A stretch of 64,000 bases of DNA from Octopus sinensis (GCF_006345805.1 NC_043006.1:36022001-36086000), one strand, 5' to 3'; shown: positions 1-13,523, numbered from the stretch's first letter. Notes: generated from the letters alone by a model not told the origin. Translations and numbers: made by a program.

Positions 1-2
1 AA

Positions 3-191
3 TGCCGTATATGCCATAAGGTCTGCAAATCTAACGAAGGCCTCAAAAGACATTTTAAGATCCATAAAGGTCAGAACTTTACTGCAGCTCATGGTGGTCC
101 AAATCAGATATATATTTTATGCGGGTGTCTTTTCAATACATTGTCTGGTTTAAAAAGCCAGATTAGACATCATGATGGACCTAAGATGTAA
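3..191 (+). mobile_element. 3' end of a probable RTE-type LINE ORF with a C-terminal C2H2 zinc finger (runs off the window start)
   Basis: Frame 3 reads CRICHKVCKSNEGLKRHFKIH, then a degenerate second finger (YILCGCLFNTLSGLKSQIRHH) and TAA at 189-191. There is no TGEKP linker. It is followed by a GGTGGT...ACCACC stem and a TA/CA tail, as at RTE 3' ends. Confidence 0.55.
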
Positions 192-664
192 ATACAGGAG
201 GTGGTCATAAGAAGTAGACAACCACCATATATAAATATATACACACACATTAGACTCCTTTAACACATTATTTGTGGATCGTTCACCTTTTACAGCGTTA
301 TATAAAATATAAAGATACACATGCAAAGTTAGTATAAGTAATATATAAAAAATCTTTTTAGCTTACCGTTTTCCATTCCATCATCAATCTCATGTGAATC
401 TTTTATAAATCTCTTGTAAATAATGTTTGCGTCTCCAATGATTATCTTTAGTATGGTTTCACCCTCTCTATTCTGTAATGAATTGATCCAGTGAAAATAA
501 TACAATGAAAATTAATATAAATGTATTTGCGCTCGCGCGTGTGTGTGCGTGCGTAGCAATGCGGACAAAGAATCGTTAAAGCATCAGAATAAATGGTTTG
601 CTTTCATTGTTTTCGAGATCAATAAAATAAAATACCAGTTATTTACTAGCGATGGTGATAGCTA

Positions 665-930
665 TGCATCATCATCAACATATGAACATTACGGCTTTGA
701 GTCTTAGGGCTTGTTGGGCTGATTGCCCGTTGTCCATGATGGAGAAGTGACCTATATCATAACAACCCCTTTGAACACGGCGCCAATCCTTCGAAGCGCT
801 ACTATTCACAGCAGTGTGAAATAACGTATTTTGCTCAAGAATATAACGCACTGACTGGACCTAGAATCGAAACCACAACGTTGCAACATTGAGTACCAGG
901 CCCGAAACACTAGATTGCGTGCCTTCACTG
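665..930 (-). mobile_element. degenerate tRNA-derived SINE
   Basis: Minus strand has a tRNA-like head (GTGAAGGCACG...GGTTTCGATTC) and a (CAT)n tail on the + strand near 667; related to 41650-41940. Confidence 0.5.
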
Positions 931-1329
931 ATCTACTATTCGCTTATCTACTATTCCTAAATTCCAGGTCTTATGCTTTCATAAAAACGATGTGTGTCCT
1001 AACAATAACGTCATTGGGACGTTATATAATCATTTAAAAATACGCGAAGACTACAATATCCACTTTTGGGTTACTTTCTAAATATTTATTTCTCTTTTAT
1101 TTGTTTTAGGCATTAGACTGCGCCCATGCTGCAGCACCGCGTTCCGCAATTTAATCGAACCAATCGAGGCCAGTACTTATTTTGAAGGCAGCATTTAATC
1201 CACCGAAAGCGCTTTGCCGAAACGCTAAGATACAGGAATGTAAACAGCGGTAGTCAAGTGGTGGCGGGGGACAAGTAAAATGACTTATACATGGATATAT
1301 GTACACACACATACACACACACACGTACA

Positions 1330-1361
1330 TGCATACATACATACATACATACTACATACAT

Positions 1362-1407
<46 letters not shown>

Positions 1408-1416
1408 GGACGGACG

Positions 1417-1467
<51 letters not shown>

Positions 1468-1504
1468 GGAAGGACGGACGGACGGACGGACGGACGGATG
1501 GATG

Positions 1505-1595
<91 letters not shown>

Positions 1596-1610
1596 TGATA
1601 GACAGACAGA
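1330..1610. repeat. compound tetranucleotide microsatellite (CATA)n(GACA)n(GACG)n(GATA)n
   Basis: Direct reading; explains the ORFs at 1280-1663. Confidence 0.95.
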
Positions 1611-1714
1611 TAGGTATAAATTACTAAGGTGGCTAGTCTCAATTTAAAAACCATAAGGCACAAAGTACAATGGCACTAAAATGATATATCGATTTGTGTG
1701 TGCGTGGGTGTGTG

Positions 1715-2050
1715 TATCGTCGTCGTCATAGATTCGTGTCAGAATTTGGTTCATCATTCAGAAGATCAAGTCGGGAATAGAACAGTCTGAGTCATTCATC
1801 GCGTGGCAGGGTGGGTGGGGTATCTTGGTTGGAGTTGCCGGGACTTGCGTTGCTTTGTTGCTGTTTCTTCTTCAGTCTTTCTTCTCTCTTAAAAAGGGGA
1901 TCAGCCAAAATGAATTGCTCTTCCCCAGGATGACCGGTCGGCGGCTTCTGCTTCCCAGCTTGTTAGGGCTGATTCCGGGCTTAAAAGAGGGACGACTTCA
2001 GTTGCTCCTTGAATCTGCGTTTTGGGGGTCTCTCGGTGTCGTTTGCCATT
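1715..2050 (-). mobile_element. decayed 3' fragment of an RTE/BovB-like LINE
   Basis: Minus strand reads GKRHR..., then ...SWEAEAADRSSWGRAIHFG*...ERRKTEEE..KQRKSRQ with stops and frameshifts. This matches the RTE post-RT pattern WE..A.DR..WR. Confidence 0.65.
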
Positions 2051-3254
2051 GACAACATACATACATTCATACGTACGTACATACATACAAAAATACCCTG
2101 TTGTCGATGTTAAAATTTCAATGTAGGAACCTTTGATCTAAGTTAGAAACCGGACCTTTCTCTATTAGCAAGTTATTTTGAAATAAAAACTGAACAATAA
2201 CATACATGGATACATACACACATATATACACACATACATACATACATACATACATACATACATACATACATACAGATACATACATACATGCATGCATACA
2301 TACATACATACATACACATACATACATACATACATACATACATACATACATACATACATGCGTATGTGAAGAGAGAGAGGAAGATAAAGGAAGAGAAAAA
2401 AGAGATGAAAAGCACTAAACGTTTGTATCTGGCTGCCATGTCTTTTCCACGATAAAGACAAAATTGAAAAGATTAAATCAAAAACAGAAAAACAGCAACT
2501 CGATGAGTGTGAAACGCTCAAATCCAGGAGGTAAATAGGGTGAACGATCGAATTTGAGTGTTATGATAGGTTTCACGGAAAGAAATTTTCCCCGGGGCAA
2601 GTTGGCGTGTAGCCCCTTGGTCTGCACACTGAATACAAAGATAATGAAGAAAAAAACTGTTAAACGGTGATTAACAAATTAAAAAAGATAATTAGTGAAA
2701 AGACAAAAGACTCACTGTATTAGGTTCCAAGCCAATTGTGACGGATATCGGTTGATCGGTGCTCGGTTATAGGATCACACGGTCGTATAGTAGCATGAAT
2801 GTGTGTACGTGTGTACGTGTGTGTGTGTATGTGTGTGTGTGTGTGATTGCGGAAAGCGCCACGTGGGCGAGCTGTTACATTTGTACTTCTGTTTCTTCTC
2901 TTATTTATGTTTGTTGGCTTTGTAGTTCCCGATTGTATTTCTTTGCGTCTTTGCTTCTTCATTAAGACGAGTAAAAATATTACGAAACGAGTCGTGATTT
3001 TAGTATAATTGTACATGATGAAGATAATCATGATAATTGTGAGGGGGAAGAAGACGAGGAGGAGGGGAAGACGGCATCGTCTTCCTCCTCCACTTCATCA
3101 TCATTATCATTGGAGAAATGGAGCCGGTTGCTAAGTGACGACGTTCATTTTCTGAAAACAGCACTTTGGTTCGAGGCTTGCGGTTCTCTTAACTGTTTGG
3201 TCCGTGCATATGTATGTATATACGTGCATGTATGAATGCATGTTTACACACACT

Positions 3255-3293
<39 letters not shown>

Positions 3294-3476
3294 CACACAC
3301 ACACACATATATATATATATATGTACACGTCTGTGCACATATAATATAATAGTAACAACATTGTGTACAGTGCTCAGGTGCACTACAACTCATCTAAAGT
3401 GTATGTATAATCAGGTGTATGTATGTATGTACATGTGTGTGCGTATGAATGTATGGATGGATGGATGGATCTACGC

Positions 3477-3511
<35 letters not shown>

Positions 3512-4084
3512 TGTATGTATGTATGTATGTATGTATGTACAGCAAAAGGATGTAAAGGCCACAAATGCTTCGCCGTCCGAGCGCATATGGTGGATTTCAT
3601 TGGTTAATTATTCAACTTAATTGCCATTTGTGTTGTTTTTACTGTGCATTTTGTTGGGTTATTTTTTGTTTTGTATTATTTCTTTTTCAGAATTGTTTTC
3701 GAATCACTATCCCTCTCCCTCCCTATACACACAAACCCACCCCACAGTTTCCCCTCATCATGGGAAAAATAAAAGGTGAAAACGACTGCACTTGAAATTT
3801 GAATGCTGAGCGTATAAGCTAATCTGAGTGAATGTGTACCGTTCCTTGTTAAACATTTCATTCACATACGTTCTGTAGAAAACGGAGCATTATGTGCAAT
3901 GAAGAGACGGAATCTTCTAGGTTCTGATTTTGAAAGGTTAAAATTCTTTAAATGTACAAACCAGAAACACGCACGCATACACATACACACAAACACACAC
4001 ACACACATATGAACATATACATACCTGCAAAAATATATATACATATATATCCCTGTATATGTGTATTGTTTTGGTAACCAATGC

Positions 4085-4134
<50 letters not shown>

Positions 4135-4172
4135 ATGCATGTATATACACGTGTACGTATACATACATACAT

Positions 4173-4206
<34 letters not shown>

Positions 4207-4523
4207 CATACACATATACACACAAACATACATACACACATACACTCACATACACATACACATACATACACACACACACAAACTCGTGCACAAATATAGA
4301 CGGACGCTCGCGCTCACAAAGTCATATAGTTATATACACATGTTACAACGGGTGCCTAAGCGGGTGGGCTTGGCATCTCCTTTTGATGTGTCATCACCTG
4401 GTACCATGAGAAGAGTAATTCTTCTCTACGTATATGACCTTTTACTGATAAAGCATTCTTCCATTTGGTACCATTGGATTCGTGTATCTGCTTGTGTTTG
4501 TATCTATATTTATATGTTTGCGT

Positions 4524-4853
4524 GGAGGCGCAATGGCCCAGTGGTTAGGGCAGCGGACTCGTGGTCATAGGTCTGCGGTTTCGATTCCCAGACCGGACGA
4601 CAGTGGGTGGTGGCGAACCCAGCTGTACTTTTTCCTCTCAACTTTCTCTCACTCGTTCTTCCTGTTTCTGTTGTCCCTGTATTTCAAACGGCCAGCCTTG
4701 TCACACTCTGTGTCACGCTGAATTTCCCTGAGAACTACATTAAGGGTACATGTGTCTGTGGAATGCTCAGCCACTTGCATGTTAATTTCATGAGCAGGCT
4801 GTTCCGTTGATCGGATTAACTGGAACCCTCGTCGTCGTAAGCGACAGAGTGCC
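4524..4853 (+). mobile_element. tRNA-derived SINE (family C)
   Basis: Head GGAGGCGCAATGGCCCAGTGGTTAGGGCAGCGGACTCG...GGTTTCGATTCCC has A-box and B-box-like motifs; an inverted copy lies at 5963-6322. Confidence 0.85.
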
Positions 4854-4942
4854 GTAGTAATACGCTTGCATGGATATATGTGTAAATGTGTGTGTATTCG
4901 CATATCTCTATATGCATGTATGTCACAATATACGTATGTGTA

Positions 4943-5317
4943 TAAGGCGGCGAGCTGGCAGAAACGTCAGCACGCCGGGCGCAATGCTTAGCGATATTTC
5001 ATCTGCCGTTACGTTCTGAGTTCAAATTCCACCGAGGTCGACTTTGCCTTTCATCCTTTCGGGGTCGATAAATTAAGTACCAGTTACGCACTGAGGGTCG
5101 ATACAATCGACTTAATCCGTTTCTCTGTCCTTGTTTGTCCTCTCTGTGTTTAGCCCTTTGTGTTTAGTAAAGAAATAAGTATTTCGTCTGTCTTTATGTT
5201 CTGAGTTCAAATTCCGACGAGGTCGATTTTGCCTTTCATCCTTTGATGTAATCGACTGGGACCCCACCCCTCAAAAAAGAAAGAAATTCGGACCTTGTGC
5301 CTAAAGTAGACAAGAAT
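4943..5317 (+). mobile_element. tRNA-derived SINE (family A), partial dimer
   Basis: Head TAAGGCGGCGAGCTGGCAGAAACG and core GCCTTTCATCCTTTCGGGGTCGATAAATTAAGTACC; about 9 copies in the window. Confidence 0.85.
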
Positions 5318-5349
5318 GTGTCTGTGTGTTTTACGTATAGAAACAGTTC

Positions 5350-5525
5350 TTATGTATGTATGTATGTATGTATGTATGTATGTATGTATGTATGTATGTA
5401 TGTATGTATGTATGTATGTATGTATGTATGTATGTATGTATGTATGTATGTATGTATGTATGTATGTATGTATGTATGTATGTATGTATGTATGTATGTA
5501 TGTATGTATGTATGTATGTATGTAC
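5350..5525. repeat. (TATG)n microsatellite
   Basis: Direct reading. Confidence 0.97.
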
Positions 5526-5624
5526 GGATGGATGGCTTGATGGATGTGTGTGTGGACATGTGTGAGTGACTGTGAGTGCGTGTGTGTGGGTGTGTAATGT
5601 GAGTAAAGGTATCTTTCATCTTTT

Positions 5625-5935
5625 ACTTGGTCCAATCACTGGACAACGACCATGCTGGGGCACCACCTTGAAGGGTTTAGTCGAACAAATCAACCCCAGT
5701 ACTTTTATGAAGCATGGCATTTATTCTGCCATTTTCTTTGGTCGAAGTGCTATGTCAGATGTGTGTGTGCATGTGTGTATGTGTATGTGTGGTGTTGGAC
5801 TTCCACGCATTTCCAGTCAACAAAAGGTACTCATAAGACATTGTTCTGCCCGGGGCTGTAGTAGACGACATATGCCCAAAGTTCCACGCAGCAGGACTGA
5901 ACCTGATACCATGTGATTTCAATGCAAGCTTCCAA
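5625..5935 (-). mobile_element. degenerate SINE (family B)
   Basis: Contains CATGCTGGGGCACCACCTTGAAGGG...GGACTGAACCTGATACCATGTG; homologous to 13081-13483. Confidence 0.65.
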
Positions 5936-5962
5936 GCATTTATACACACATATTATCGTCGT

Positions 5963-6322
5963 GGCACTCCGTCGCTTACGACGACGTGGGTTCCAGTTGA
6001 TCCGATTAACGGAACATCCTGCTCGTGAAAATAACGTGCAAGTAGCTGAGCATTCCAATTTAGTTCTCGGGGAGATTCAGCGTGACACAGGGTGTGACAA
6101 TGCTGGCCCTTTGAAATACAGGTACAACAGAAACAGGAAGAAAGAGTGAGAGAAAGTTGTGATGAAAGAATACAGCAGGGTTCGCCACCACCCCCTGTCG
6201 GAGCTTCGTGGAGCTTTAGGTGTTTTCGCCCAATAAACACTCACAACGTCCGGTCTTGGAATCGAAACCACGATCCTAAGACCGCGAGTCCGCTGCCCTA
6301 ACCTCTGGGCCATTGCACCTCC
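5963..6322 (-). mobile_element. tRNA-derived SINE (family C)
   Basis: Reverse complement of 4524-4853, plus the internal segment that the first copy lacks. Confidence 0.85.
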
Positions 6323-6384
6323 ACATACACACATATAATGCATAAGTGTATACATACTGTGTATTTATATATAATGTTTAAATA

Positions 6385-6423
<39 letters not shown>

Positions 6424-7565
6424 GCAGATGAATGAGTTCTGTCTTTGCTAATTAATTAAGAAAATCTCTTCGCAAACCCGAGGTCCTTTGGTCGATACCG
6501 CCCTACAACACATTGGAATTTTTTAATTACCATAACTTTGGGTTAACCCATTCTTTCTTCTAGGGAAGGAACTGTTTGGGGCGAAAAGGGAACGGAAAAA
6601 TTACTGTTCCATAAAATTAAGATGTTTTCTAGAACCTGTAGATGGTTATTGATTATTGAATTGGATGTTGAGAAATGTTTTTGTCCTCAGCTCATTTACA
6701 TTCCATGCCCTGCAGTAAAATTCTTACGAATCCGTCCCTTCCAGTTAGATTTTACCACTGGCTATAGTTCACTTTTCAGAAACTACCAGAGAAACGCCAC
6801 ACAGCCAATGATCTTCTGCTTGCTAAGATCTGCCTCGAAGGAAAAATCCGCTGCAAAACTTGGCCGGCAAGTTAGAACATACTTATATTAACTTTACATA
6901 ATAGTTTCAAATTTTGGTTCTGTCTTGTAAAGGTCCCCTTTCACTGCACTCCGCTTAGCTGTTTCGGCATTACGAAGCCGATAACATAATGAATGGTTAC
7001 GTATTTATCAGCTTAAATACTTACTAGTGTTGTGTAAACGATTGCAATTAATAAAATTAACTAAAAGAAAGATTACCTGATTTGTCCATAGTCATTTTCA
7101 TTATCACCATAAATAATTTAAGGACACAACAATATCGTGTATGGTTCGTCTCATAACGCCAATAGTGTCACCTGCGCAAAGAGCGGTTGTCGTCTGCTCT
7201 AACTAAAGGTCTTTCTGTTTATCTGAACCGAGAAGACATTTGAAGGCTGAATATCTATGAAGCTCAATTAAAATCACGTACAGACACGTACACACATACA
7301 CAATATACACAACCACATATACACATACATATGCTCACAGACCAATACACATACACATGCGTACGCACATACATACATTCTGAGACCGGCTTCATTTCTG
7401 AGAAAAGTAAACAAATCTGAAAGAAAAAAATATATACATTCATACAGACAAACATTCATAACTGTAAACACACATGTACATAATGGCCACAGCCTTAGGG
7501 GTGAAACGTGGAAAAGAATAAAAGAATATATCTACAAGTACAAATGCATATATATACATAACTAC

Positions 7566-7609
<44 letters not shown>

Positions 7610-8380
7610 TGTGTGTGTGTGTTGTATACATACGTACATACATATACATGTACGTGTGTTCGTACATATATGATGCGTATATAGAATTTAGGAATCGGTC
7701 AGAAATCTCATCGGGATTAATGTTAATAACTGTCAGTAAACGAAAATCATGAACTTTTTCTAGGATAAAAAGAGAAAAAGAGCAAGGGAGGTGACAGACA
7801 GACAGACAAGAGAGGAAGGTGTTATGCAGGCAGACAGACAGACAGACAGACTGACAGACAGGCAGACTGACAGACAGGCAGACTGACAGACAGTTACGCA
7901 GAGATCTACGAAAGGACAGAAACACAGAAAAACAAACGGCTGAGAGAGAGATCGACTGTGACATACAAAGAGATATTTGAAGAGAGAGAAAGCGAGAAAG
8001 GGGAGATGGAGAGAGAGAGAAAGAGATATAGGGGGGGGGGGCAAACATGCAGACGGATGGGAGAGGAAGGTGTTATGCAGACAGACTGACACACTGACAC
8101 ACTGGTATCTAAGAAACAAAAATACAAAAGGCGGGGAAAGAGGATGAAAGAGAGAGTGACAGTGACATACAAAAATATGTTTGAAGAGAGAGAGAAACAG
8201 ACATACAGACAGACGGAAATGTGATAATCGGAAAAATATAATTTATTTTCTTTTTCTCGGGAAAGAAAGAATCAACCAAACAGACAGACAATCAGACAAA
8301 CAGACAGACAGACAGACAGACAAACAAACAGACAGACAGACAGACAAACAGTGTTACACTGTAATTTTAACTTTCATGAA

Positions 8381-8702
8381 GACGGCAAGTTGGCACAATC
8401 GTTAGCATCCCGGGCAAAATGCTTAGCGGCATCTCGTCCGTCTTTGTATTCTGAGTTCAAATTCCCGCTGAATTCGACTTTGCTTTTCATTCTTCCGAAT
8501 TCAATAAAATAAGTACCCTATAAAATAAGTACCGTTTGATGACAGAAGTATCCGTAAATATAATTGACTAGCCCCATCCCTGCATCCCATCTCCATCCTC
8601 AGCCCATCCTCGCATCCCTTCCCCCACCACACCCCCACCCCACCCATCCCCGCACCCCTTCCCCACCCCCGAAGTAGCTGGCTTTGCACCAAAATTTGAA
8701 AC
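8381..8702 (+). mobile_element. degenerate SINE (family A) interrupted by a C-rich tract
   Basis: Contains CTGAGTTCAAATTCC...CGACTTTGCTTTTCATTC; C-rich insert at about 8575-8670. Confidence 0.6.
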
Positions 8703-9469
8703 GATGATTTTACTTTACACTTCCTTTTAATTTTACTCCATTATTTTTTTTTTCTTTTATTCTTTACTTAATTTTTCTTCTTCTTTCCATTTCCTTTTAA
8801 TTCTTTCTATCCAATTCGATGTCCGCTGCCTGCCTGTGCTTCCATCCGTGTGTCTCAGTATACACTTCAAAGATCATCTTTGTTGTTCGTCTAAAAGCAG
8901 GAATCACAGATTAAAGTTGCACTAATAGGAATAACAAAATCTATCTTGCGGGCAGGTAGTGTGTTCATGTTCGTGTTCGCCCTCAGAAGTTTCAACCTAA
9001 ATACGCTGCCCTTTGATAGGTTCGTGTGTGTGCAAATGTGTGTATGTGTATGTGTGTGTGTGTACTTATGTATATGTATGCATGTATATGAATACACACA
9101 CAGGTATACTTACACATATATATGTATATATATATATATATATATAATCACAATGAGAATATTCAAACTTCTTATAGGGATATTTCTTCCAAGATACACT
9201 GGTTTAATATATCAAATATAGAATATCGTAAGATATCAGACATTTTTATTGAGTTAGAAAAAGAGATCCGATGGATCGACATACGTTGATTAATAAACTT
9301 TTTTGCATTCATTTGATCTCTGTTTTCTACCTCAGTATATATATATATTTATATAATATATATAATATATATAGTATATATATATATATATATTATATAT
9401 ATAATATTATTATATAATATATATATATTATATATGTATATATATAATATATATATAACTTTTATACTT

Positions 9470-9842
9470 TTACTCCTTTGCTTGTTTCAGTCATTTGACT
9501 GTGACCATGCTGGAGCACCGCCTTTAGTCAAGCAAGTCGACCCCAGGACTTATTCTATCGGTCTCTCTTGCCGAACCGCTAAGTTACGGGGACGTAAACA
9601 CACGACCATCGGTTTTCAAGCGATGTTGGGGGGTACAAACACATACATATACAGACACACACAGATATATATATATATATATATATACGACGCCCCCTCC
9701 CCTCAGCCTCCGTCTACCAAATCCACTCACAAGGCCTTGGTCGGCCCGAGGCTATAGCAGAAGACACTTGCCCAAGTGGGACTGAACACACAACCATGTA
9801 GTTCGTAAGCAAGCAACTTACCATACAGCCACTCCTACGCAT
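9470..9842 (-). mobile_element. SINE (family B)
   Basis: Contains TTGTTTCAGTCATTTGACTG...GCTGGAGCACCGCC...GGACTGAAC...ACAGCCACTCC. Confidence 0.85.
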
Positions 9843-10061
9843 ATATATATATATATATATATAGTATTTGAGTAAAATTATATTAATGTGTCTGACTGAT
9901 TAAAAATCTATTTTATGTGCAGCTGATTATAGCCATGCATTTACATTTATGTAATAATTGCATTGCCCAATTAAATGGAGCCGCTTGAAACGGCCGTACT
10001 GCATCATTCCTCATATCCTGTTGCTTATTTTGATTATATATATATATATATATATATATAT

Positions 10062-10530
10062 AGGAGAGTTCACGAAAAAAACAAAACACGAAGACAGGTG
10101 GTGTAGAAAACAAACAGATGTATTAGTATAACGCTCAGGAATAGAAAAGTCTTTTACGTTTCGAGCCTACGCTCTTCTACAGAAAAAGACACAGAAAAAA
10201 GGGGAGAAACAAGGGGAGAAACAAGGGGAGAAAAAATGTGTGTAGTGGCTACACACATCTGTGTGACAGAAGCGTCACATAGGAGAGCGAAGAAGTAGGG
10301 GAGATAACAACGTAAAGATGACCCCCACAACGAAGGTGCTTGCATGTATAAGAGAGTACGTGTGCGCGTGTGGTCGCACCAGTTAATCCTGTTATTTCTT
10401 ATCACACACGAACTTCTCCACTGGACTTTCTACCTATCTACCCTTCACGGCTCCTCTTTTGAACATTTACCCTCCGGCTGCACCTCTCCTACCTATGGAT
10501 CACTGTGGACTCTATTCTTGATGAAAAATC
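10062..10530 (-). mobile_element. short non-coding Penelope-like terminal-repeat element in (TA)n, carrying a hammerhead-like motif
   Basis: Flanked by (TA)n on both sides; hammerhead-like fold at 10151-10187. Confidence 0.55.
10151..10187 (-). ncRNA. minimal type I hammerhead ribozyme-like motif with an A6-to-U core variant
   Basis: Minus strand reads CTTTT-CTGTAGA-A-GAGC-GTAG-GCTC-GAAA-CG-TA-AAAAG: 5-bp stem I, 4-bp stem II, palindromic ACGT stem III, GUA triplet. Confidence 0.55.
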
Positions 10531-11263
10531 ATATATATATATATATATATATATATGGGGTGAGGGAATTAGAGAGAGTTACAAAACACTTTTTCTTTCT
10601 CTCCATTTCTTTTTCTCCATTGTTTTCTCTTACTCCTCAAAACGACTGAACTTTCAGCTATGTATGTTTGTTACGATCTTCATCGAACATTTAAACTTGT
10701 ACTAATGTTTAACTCATTGAAATTTCTATGAACATTTAAATATTTGATCATTTAAACATGTTTTTCCGAAACTTCCCTTGTCAACTTAAACTCTCCTAAA
10801 AGACCTTATTTTTATATTCTTTTTATTTTCAACTTTGATTAGCAAAATTTGTCGAAACCGGTTTGGTATTTGAATAAGTCTATAACAAACTTTGAAAACG
10901 ACTACTACACGTTTTGTGATTCAGGTACATTTTCAAACTCGAAAACAGATTCTCCCCTACATTTTTTCCTACGCAGGATTACTCTTCTACTCTCCATATT
11001 ATATATATACATCGTTGCTATTATGTTGAACTGCTGAATGTCCAAATTTGGCTAAATGCATTTTTTTAAATATTTATTTTTGCTTGCATTAGCTGGTACG
11101 GTTGTTTTGTTCAAACTATCGTATCTTCAACTTCTTCAAATGCCAATGTATCAAAAATTGTCAAAGTGTAACACAACAGTTTTGCTATGGAATGGTGAAA
11201 CTATTTTTCATTTTCTGAAAAAGCAACATTTTGGACTTACGACACTTTTGCATAATAGCAACG

Positions 11264-11322
<59 letters not shown>

Positions 11323-11347
11323 ATCAACAATTGAGGGTAAATTAATT

Positions 11348-11447
11348 NNNNNNNNNNNNNNNNNNNNNNNNNNNNNNNNNNNNNNNNNNNNNNNNNNNNN
11401 NNNNNNNNNNNNNNNNNNNNNNNNNNNNNNNNNNNNNNNNNNNNNNN
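11348..11447. other. assembly gap (100 N)
   Basis: Run of N. Confidence 1.
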
Positions 11448-13080
11448 ATTTTATTTTATTTTATTTTAATCTATCCTTATTTATATCTCTCTTATACCTT
11501 TTGTATCATTCTGTAAAGAAATATTTTATAAAATTTTTATAAAGTTTTATTTCATTTTTATAAAATGTTTATGAAATTTCTATATTTCTTATATCTTATA
11601 TTATTAAACTTCTATGTATTTATATACCCTCTTATACATTTGTGTAGCTTCTATAGCTTATAAATAGTTTTTTTCAGTTTATAACATTTTCCCATTAAAC
11701 TCATAAAACTCACTACATACAATATTATATTTTTTATATTGTAATTACACATGTTTTATATTTTATTTTATATTGTCATTACACGTCTTATAAATTTTTA
11801 ATATTTATATTTGATATTTGTATACATTTGTATATCCTTTCATATACTTTCTCAGGGTTTATAATTTATAAATAATGTCTTTTGGCAATTTATAAGATCT
11901 TTTGATATGGGAATCGTTATTTTGGGTAATTTTTTAATCATACAAAGTATACATTAAGTGTGCATATATAATTATATCTCTGTGTTTGTCTATAAATACA
12001 TGCATATATTTTTATTATTATTCATAAACCTTGATTCGACTGAGGTGTGAGACAGCAATTTTCTTTCCTGCAACTTATCACGTCTCCCTTACCTCCAACC
12101 CATTCATTTCACTTCGATATAAAACTTTTATCTTTTGTATAGGCGCAGGCGTGTCTTTGTGTGGTAACTTGCTTACCAATCACATGCTTCCGAGTCCAGT
12201 CATATGAGCGTGTGTGTGTGTGTGTGTGTGTGTACAGAGCTTTTGAAGTGGTGTACTGATATTATATATTGAGAAAAAGGAGGCAGTTAGAATTTTGGAT
12301 AATCCTCTATTAACGATTTCGTTTGTTTACGGACTCTTCAAGACAAAATCAAAATGCTATAAACGGTATGTTTTGTTGTTCAATTATATGAATCGGATGT
12401 ATTTTGTTTTGTTTAGAGGAGGAGAATATGGTTTTTGTTTTTGTTTTGGAAAAAGGAGAGAGAGAAAAGGAAAAGCAAAGCGGGGGTGGGACAGAGAGAG
12501 AGAGGGGTAGGTTTCAGGACAATGAAGAAAGAGGAGAAAAAATAATAATAAAGGATGGGGAAAAGGACAGAAAGTTAGATAGATATAGGGAGACAGAGAA
12601 GGAGAGAGAGAGAGAGAGGTTACTTTTCAATTTCTTTGAAATTTCATTTCGTTTTTTTCTTTCTCCTTTCTTTTTTGTCTTTGTACATTGTATATCCGTC
12701 AACATATTTGTAAATAAGCACATTTTCTCACAAGAGTCGGTGACCTTTCAAAGGTGTCAATATTAGAAAGACGGAAGGGTATGGTTATCCCTTAAAAATA
12801 AAGACGTGTTCAAAATTCAAAGGTCAATGAAGATGTATATTCGTTCACATTGTATAGCCATGTCCCTTATGCTGTGTAATTTCATGTTTTTGCATGAACA
12901 AACATTAAATATTAGTACAATATTCATAAATTCGGAAACGAAAGCCAGAATCAGGAATTACTTTGCCAAGTAGCTACATTAGATATCTTTCCTAAAAATG
13001 ATTCTGGTATTCTTTCTCAGGTGTTGTAATTTCTATAAGAACAACAGTTGTCAAAATCCCAATATTATATATATGTATAT

Positions 13081-13479
13081 CTCTTTACTCTTTACTCTTT
13101 TACTTGTTTCAGTCATTTGACTGCGGCCATGCTGGAGCACCGCCTTTAGTCGAGCAAATCGACCCCAGGACTTATTCCATGTAAGCCCAGTACTTATTCT
13201 ATCGTTGTCTTTTGCCGAACCGCTAAGTGACGGGGACGTAAACACACCAGCATCGGTTCACAAGCAATGCTAGGGGGACAAACACACACACACACACACA
13301 TATATATATACATATATACGACAGGCTTCTTTCAGTTTCCGTCTACCAAATCCACTCACAAGGCATTGGTCGGCCCGGGGCTATAGCAGAAGACACTTGC
13401 CCAAGATGCCACGCAGTGGGACTGAACCCGGACCCATGTGGTTGTTAAGCAAGCTACTTACCACACAGCCACTCCTGCG

Positions 13480-13483
<4 letters not shown>
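13081..13483 (-). mobile_element. full-length SINE (family B)
   Basis: Minus-strand tRNA-like head GGCGCAGGAGTGGCTGTGTGGTAAG...GGGTTCAGTCCC; tail of AAAGAGT repeats. Confidence 0.9.

Positions 13484-13523
<40 letters not shown>

Noticed and set aside
2700-3200. CpG-richer stretch with a purine/pyrimidine hairpin at about 3055-3092 and a minus-strand GTGAGT donor near 2716; possible promoter or first exon
   Set aside because: Signals are too weak without expression data.
4345-4380. Small hairpin GGTGCC-T-AAGC-GGGTGG-GCTT-GGCATC
   Set aside because: Matches no RNA family I recognise and could arise by chance.
6622-6891. 89-aa non-repetitive ORF
   Set aside because: No recognisable domain on either strand and no convincing splice sites.
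8575-8670. C-rich tract with G-quadruplex potential on the minus strand
   Set aside because: A low-complexity expansion inside a decayed SINE, with no functional context.
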